From NCBI GenBank assembly GCA_964426935.1, contig CAYRTW010000001.1, positions 1 through 56,454 of the forward strand: a stretch of 56,454 bases of DNA, in the 5' to 3' direction. The DNA is from an uncultured Rickettsiales bacterium (GTDB lineage Bacteria > Myxococcota_A > UBA796 > UBA9615 > JAKLKC01). This document shows positions 52,113-56,454 of this stretch, one piece after another; the stretch's first letter is position 1, and each line of letters opens with the position of its first letter. The notes below the pieces were generated by a model, which saw nothing but the letters and a program-made list of their open reading frames with translations, made no database searches and was not told the DNA's origin. The position numbers were made by a program, and so were the translations under genes.

Positions 52113-52880
52113 CTACAGGGTCAGTCCGCCGTCGATGTCCAGACAGCGGCCGGTGAAATATTCACACTCGATGATGAACTTCACCCCTGTCCAGACTTCT
52201 TCGGGGGAGCCGGCCCGGTTGAGGGGAACACCCGCGAGCATCTTCTGGAGCATCTCGGGGCGCATTCCCTGGAGAATGGGGGTGTCCACGAAACCGGGGG
52301 CCACCGCTCCTACCCGGACTCCAAAGCGGGCCAGCTCCTTTCCCCACAGGGCGGTGTCGGCGACCAGACCGGCCTTGGCGGCGGAGTAGTTGCTCTGGCC
52401 GGGGTTCCCGTGGCGGGCCACCGAGGAGATGTTCACCACCACCGATTTGGGACAGCGGGTCTCGATCATCTTGGCGGCGAAGTCCCGGGTGCAGAGGAAG
52501 GGACCGGTGAGATCCACGGCAATGACCTGATTCCACTGCTCCAGGCTCATCTTTTTGACGGCGCCGGTTTCCTTGTCGGGGCGGACCAGGAGGCCATCCC
52601 GGAAGATGCCGGCGTTGTTCACCAGGACGTTCAGCCCCCCCATCTGCTGGTGAGCGTTGCTCATCAGGGTGGCCACGTCCTCCTCCCTGGCCACGTTGGC
52701 TACCTGGGAAAAGATGCGGCCGGGCAGGCCCTCGGCCTCTTGACAGAGCTGGGCCAAGGCTTGGGCCTGGAGGTCGGCGGCGACCACCTGACCGCCTCCG
52801 CGAGCGATCTCCATGGCAAAAACGCGGCCCATGCCGCTGGCGGCTCCGGTGACGATGGCTCGGACATCCTGGATCTGCAC
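52113..52880 (-). CDS. Short-chain dehydrogenase/reductase (FabG-like)
   Basis: GTG at 52880 with AGGAG 6 nt upstream. TGAASGMGRVFA (TGxxxGxG), NNAGI, and the catalytic S...YSAAK are present. The longer tracked ORF to 53408 is an Arg/Pro-rich extension. Confidence 0.8.
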   Translation of the reverse strand: MQIQDVRAIVTGAASGMGRVFAMEIARGGGQVVAADLQAQALAQLCQEAEGLPGRIFSQVANVAREEDVATLMSNAHQQMGGLNVLVNNAGIFRDGLLVRPDKETGAVKKMSLEQWNQVIAVDLTGPFLCTRDFAAKMIETRCPKSVVVNISSVARHGNPGQSNYSAAKAGLVADTALWGKELARFGVRVGAVAPGFVDTPILQGMRPEMLQKMLAGVPLNRAGSPEEVWTGVKFIIECEYFTGRCLDIDGGLTL

Positions 52881-52901
52881 GGGGAACTCCTGGGAGAGGG
52901 G

Positions 52902-54305
52902 ATGAGAGGGGGCCCGAAGGCGGCGGGTGAAGTACCACAGGGAGGCCCTCCGGGGAAGGGTCGCTTCCGGCATACTCCCCCGGTGTCTGAAAGAGTCCTC
53001 TTCGTCGGGTCCCTCACCGGATCCCTCCCCCTGTTTGTGGCCCTGGCCGCCGCCCTGCGCCGCCGTGGTGGGGAGACCGGCCTGGCCCTTCCCGGGAGCC
53101 TGCGGGCCCGGGCGGCTCTCTCGCAAACCAAGGAACGATGGGAGAGTCCGGGCAGGAAAATCACTCCCACCCATACGGAATGGCTGGAGAATCCCCGCAG
53201 ATACCTGGAGGCCCTTCCCGAGGTGGACGGTCGGTGGACCCCCACCGCTGTGGAAGGGGAATGGGCCTTTCTTCTTCGGGAAGGAGGCAAGGCGGCGGCG
53301 TTGTTCTCTCGCTGGCGCCCGGATCGAGTGGTGGTGTGGAACGGGCAAAGCGGCGTTTCTGCGGTGGCGGCGGGGGTGGCGAAGCAGATGGGAATCCCGG
53401 TCCTCCACCTGGAAAACGGATGGTTTCCCGGCTCCTTGCAGTGGGGATATCAGGGGGTCAACGCCTTTTCCTGGTGGCGAGAAGCTCCCCTGCCCCCCGG
53501 TCCTCCCCCTCCCCTTGGGGATTTTTCCAGGACCGATGGAGAAGTTTCTCGGCTTTCCCCATTGGGTGCCCGTCTGCCAGCCATGGATCGGCTGTTGAAA
53601 ATGAAGGAGGAGGGGCCCCTTACTCTTCGGCGCTTCCAGGACGCCCTTCGCTCACAAGCCCGTCAGCGACGCTCGTCTGGCCGAACCGATCCCCCCGGGG
53701 ATCCCCCTCCTGCCGACCCCTCTCATCCCCTGGTCCTCCTCGCCCTTCAGGTGCCCGCCGACACCCAGATGCTCCTCCACAGCCCCTGGATTCGTCGGCC
53801 CGTAGACGCCATCGCCCCCACCTCGTTGGCCTTGGCCCAGGCCTTCCCCCAGGCGTTGCTGGCGGTACGCCCTCATCCCCTGGACCCGGATTCCTCTACC
53901 ATTGTTCAAGAAACGGCCCGAGTGGGAGCCTGCCTGGCAGAGGGAAACCTGTCTTCCTGGCTGGGGACGGCCAAGGTCGTGGTGGTGGTGAATTCCACGG
54001 TGGGGGTGGAGGCCCTGCAGCAAGGAGTGGGGGTGGTGACCCTGGGGAGGGCGGTATACGGCCGACCGGGGGTGGCGGAGGAGGCCCTGACGGTAGAAGC
54101 CCTCCCCGGAGCCCTGACTCGAGCCTGGGACGGTGCCGGCCCGGAAGCCTCCCGATTTCTGGGAGTCCTGGGGCAATATGCCAGCCTCCCTGGGGAGCGG
54201 CTGTGGGTGACTGAGGAGACGTTCCACACCGTCTGGAACGTGTTGAAAAGAGAATCCGACCGCCCCCTGGGAGAGCCTCCCCCCTCCCGTGAGAAGGGGA
54301 AATGA
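52902..54305 (+). CDS. Capsule polysaccharide biosynthesis protein (KpsS/KpsC-type, Capsule_synth family)
   Basis: VVVWNGQSGVSAVAAGVAKQMGIPVLHLENGWFP, LVLLALQVPADTQMLLHSPW, LLAVRPHPLDP and VVVVNSTVGVEAL match the PF05159 pattern as I recall it. The start is uncertain: ATG at 52902 or GTG at 52983. Confidence 0.65.
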   Translation: MRGGPKAAGEVPQGGPPGKGRFRHTPPVSERVLFVGSLTGSLPLFVALAAALRRRGGETGLALPGSLRARAALSQTKERWESPGRKITPTHTEWLENPRRYLEALPEVDGRWTPTAVEGEWAFLLREGGKAAALFSRWRPDRVVVWNGQSGVSAVAAGVAKQMGIPVLHLENGWFPGSLQWGYQGVNAFSWWREAPLPPGPPPPLGDFSRTDGEVSRLSPLGARLPAMDRLLKMKEEGPLTLRRFQDALRSQARQRRSSGRTDPPGDPPPADPSHPLVLLALQVPADTQMLLHSPWIRRPVDAIAPTSLALAQAFPQALLAVRPHPLDPDSSTIVQETARVGACLAEGNLSSWLGTAKVVVVVNSTVGVEALQQGVGVVTLGRAVYGRPGVAEEALTVEALPGALTRAWDGAGPEASRFLGVLGQYASLPGERLWVTEETFHTVWNVLKRESDRPLGEPPPSREKGK

Positions 54306-55549
54306 TTCGAATTCGGGACGAGCTGGCCTCCCTGGGACCTCTCCTCCTGGCCCTGCTGGTGGCAGGAATCGCCTTTGAGCCCCTGCTGACGAGGGAGGGG
54401 GGAGGAGGGGGACCGCTGCGATACCTGGGAGGGGTCGTCGTGGCCGTCGCCTTGGCGGAGAGGGGTGGATGGAGACGGGCGGGGGCCCTTCCCGGCGCCT
54501 GGGGGTGGGCAGGGTTCGGGGTGGCCTCCCTGTTTTCCGGCCTGTGGGCGAGGGAGACGGAGGTGTGGGCGCATTCCGTTGGGGTGGAGTGGCGCTTGTT
54601 CGCCCTGTTCCTGGCAGCGGGGGTGATCTGGAAGGGTCTCGGTGGGTTGAGGCCGACGGCCCTGGTGATGACCGGAGCAGGCGCGGTGCTCTCGACCTTG
54701 GTGATCGCCCACTACCTTCACTGCCTCGGGCTGCCCGAGGCCCTCCAACCCCGGCGCTACGGCTTGTGGGAAGGGGATCCTGCCGATCTGGCCCGCTTGC
54801 TGGGATGGAGTGCCCTGGCCACTTCGGGTCTGATCCTTCATCGAAGCCGAAAGGCGGGTCCCGGCCTCCTCTTCTTGCTGGCCCTGCTGGGATTCCTGTT
54901 GGGGATGGGATTGGGGATCCTGGCTTCCCGAGGGGCCCTGCTGGCCCTGGGAGGTGGCTTGGGAGTACTGGCTCTGTGGGGGCCCAGGAGGGATCGCCTT
55001 GCCCTGGGGTTGATGGTGACAGGAATGGCCCTGGGAGGTGCGTCCCTCCTTCCCCTGGCCACCGAAAGGCTGGAAAAGCGAATGGAATCCAGCACTCTCA
55101 GCCTGGAGGAGGCCACCTCGGGGCGCACGGTGATCTACCGGATCGGGGTAGAAATGGTGAAGAGATCCTGGCCAAAAGGCGTTGGTTCAGGGAACTTTCC
55201 CATCGTCTATGACGAGATTGCTACCGACCTTCATCTCCAGGATTCCACTCAACCGGGCCGGGATCCCCACTCCATCTACCTGGAAGCCCTGGCGGAACGG
55301 GGGCCCCTGGGTCTCCTCCTCCTGATGACCACCTTGCTGACCCTGGGCTGGGGAGCCTGGCGAATCTCCTCCCCTCCCACTCGGGCTCTGGCCCTGGCCC
55401 TGCTGATTCACGCCTCCTTGGCGGGAGCCACCATGCCCCAGCTCTCCCGCAAACCCTTCTGGCTGGGAATGGCGGCGGTGGCGGCCTTGATCGTGCTGGA
55501 GAGGCGTCCCCTGGCGGCATCCCCTTCCCTTCCTGTGAATCGGGCCTGA
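54302..55549 (+). CDS. O-antigen ligase/polymerase-like (Wzy_C) polytopic membrane protein
   Basis: 415 aa with about 10 TM segments. SRGALLALGGG..., a large loop with GVGSGNFPIVYDE...PHSIYLEALAERGPLGLLLL, and two C-terminal TM segments. The start overlaps the upstream stop (ATGA). Confidence 0.7.
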   Translation: MIRIRDELASLGPLLLALLVAGIAFEPLLTREGGGGGPLRYLGGVVVAVALAERGGWRRAGALPGAWGWAGFGVASLFSGLWARETEVWAHSVGVEWRLFALFLAAGVIWKGLGGLRPTALVMTGAGAVLSTLVIAHYLHCLGLPEALQPRRYGLWEGDPADLARLLGWSALATSGLILHRSRKAGPGLLFLLALLGFLLGMGLGILASRGALLALGGGLGVLALWGPRRDRLALGLMVTGMALGGASLLPLATERLEKRMESSTLSLEEATSGRTVIYRIGVEMVKRSWPKGVGSGNFPIVYDEIATDLHLQDSTQPGRDPHSIYLEALAERGPLGLLLLMTTLLTLGWGAWRISSPPTRALALALLIHASLAGATMPQLSRKPFWLGMAAVAALIVLERRPLAASPSLPVNRA

Positions 55550-55603
55550 CCCACCTCTCCACTCGTGCTCACCAGAGATCCCCTCACTCCCCCAGACACC
55601 ACC

Positions 55604-56452
55604 TCAACCCCCGGCTCCCAGCAGCAGAAACCCGCGCCCACCCACGTCGTTGAAGTCCCCTACCGACCCCGTGAACAGCTCGTACATCCCGTCGGGCGAG
55701 CCGTTGGTCAGCCCAGATTCCTCCCCCTCTCCGCCCTCCGCCAGGGCGGTGAAGTCCACCTCGGGGGGAGAGAGCCCGGTGCCGCAACTCCATCCCAACA
55801 GCCCGTCCAAGGAGGTCATGCCCTGGTGGTGCAGGCTTGTCCTCCCATCGGCGCGCAGCACCACCTCAAAGGAGGAGGACCCCCCCGAGTCAAACTCCCC
55901 AATCCCTCGCCAATGCACTGCCACCGCGTCCGGGTGCTCCACCCAGGCGACGATCCCTCCCCCGGTCTGATCCAGGTCGTCCCACCAGGCGGTCACCGCC
56001 GGCGGCGAGCTCTCTTGAGTGAAGGTGGCCACGCTCTCATTGCTGTATCCGAGAGGGCTCCCGAAGCTGACAATCCCGTTGGCGGTGACAAACACCTCCA
56101 CCCAGTCCTCGCCGCAGAAGGGGACCACCATGGTGGCAAAATCCAGCCTCGCCGTGCCCTCATCGCCAAGGGAGAGATACACGGGCACCTGGAGATCGGC
56201 CGAGTCGATCCCGCCGTCGCAGTCGTTGTCGATCCCGTCGGTGGTGTCCTCCCACGCATAGGGGAAATGGGTTGCGTGGGTGTCATCGCAGTCGCCCTGG
56301 GCCGGAGAGAGGCCGTCTCCATCTTCGTCTCCGGTGGAGGGAGGGGTGCTGTCATCGTCGGGGGGAGGCGTGGAATCGTCGTCTGGAGGAGGGGTGCTGT
56401 CGTCATCAGCCGAGGTGCTGTCGTCATCAGCCGAGGTGCTGTCGTCATCAGC
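55604..56452 (-). CDS. Secreted protein, 5'-truncated by the window edge: acidic DDDST repeats - one MopE-like module - NIDO-like domain
   Basis: The frame of ORF 55604..56188 stays open to the window end. My own translation gives ADDDSTSADDDSTSADDDSTPPPDDDSTPPPDDDSTPPSTGDEDGDGLSPAQGDCDDTHATHFPYAWEDTTDGIDNDCDGGIDSADLQVPVYLSLGDEG... . The domain after that resembles the N-terminal domain of the 33042..37208 protein. Confidence 0.7.
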   Translation of the reverse strand, partial: ADDDSTSADDDSTSADDDSTPPPDDDSTPPPDDDSTPPSTGDEDGDGLSPAQGDCDDTHATHFPYAWEDTTDGIDNDCDGGIDSADLQVPVYLSLGDEGTARLDFATMVVPFCGEDWVEVFVTANGIVSFGSPLGYSNESVATFTQESSPPAVTAWWDDLDQTGGGIVAWVEHPDAVAVHWRGIGEFDSGGSSSFEVVLRADGRTSLHHQGMTSLDGLLGWSCGTGLSPPEVDFTALAEGGEGEESGLTNGSPDGMYELFTGSVGDFNDVGGRGFLLLGAGG

Positions 56453-56454
56453 CG
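56394..56454. repeat. 21-bp tandem repeat (at least 2.9 copies, runs off the window) encoding DDDSTSA units
   Basis: gtgctgtcgtcatcagccgag starts at 56394, 56415 and 56436, read directly. Confidence 0.9.

Overview
A 56.5-kb window of a high-GC bacterial chromosome, judged by eye to be in the mid-60s % GC, coding densely on both strands. I support about 45 protein genes. I recognised no rRNA, tRNA, CRISPR array, transposase or integrase. All family calls come from motif recognition by eye; no search was run, and many start codons are approximate.

Left part (1-15.9 kb), metabolism and housekeeping: HcrA/HcrB-like molybdoenzyme subunits, an LpxL-like acyltransferase, a B12-radical-SAM enzyme, a hotdog thioesterase, an isochorismatase-family hydrolase, a QueD-like protein, a TPR/PDZ lipoprotein, an ECF sigma/anti-sigma pair, a NupC-type nucleoside transporter coupled to an orphan family-5 solute-binding lipoprotein, CyaY and MgtE.

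Middle (16-33 kb), signalling and miscellaneous enzymes: a HAMP/PAS histidine kinase next to a GspE/PilB-type ATPase that has an MshEN-like N-terminus and a C-terminal receiver domain. Then a cluster of amine oxidase, secreted metallophosphoesterase, double nitroreductase and spermidine-synthase-like protein. Then an AmpG-like MFS transporter plus an amidase, a hybrid kinase, and NadE.

Right part (33-56.5 kb), a cell-surface accessory region:
- A 1,389-aa protein with 18 MopE-like Cys/Asp modules. It has an in-frame internal MYXO-CTERM-like sorting signal followed directly by a second signal peptide.
- A roughly 2.5-kb island of lower GC holding an FG-GAP gene fragment, an orphan gene interrupted at a C11 tract, and odd simple repeats.
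- A long minus-strand run of lipoproteins: a DUF1592/DUF1552 pair, a PAF-AH-like hydrolase, a 7-blade FG-GAP protein with a MYXO-CTERM-like tail, and a receiver-kinase.
- A small capsule/O-antigen-ligase-like module.

The MYXO-CTERM-like tails, MopE-like modules and DUF1592/DUF1552 pair suggest a Myxococcota-like lineage. This is inference only.
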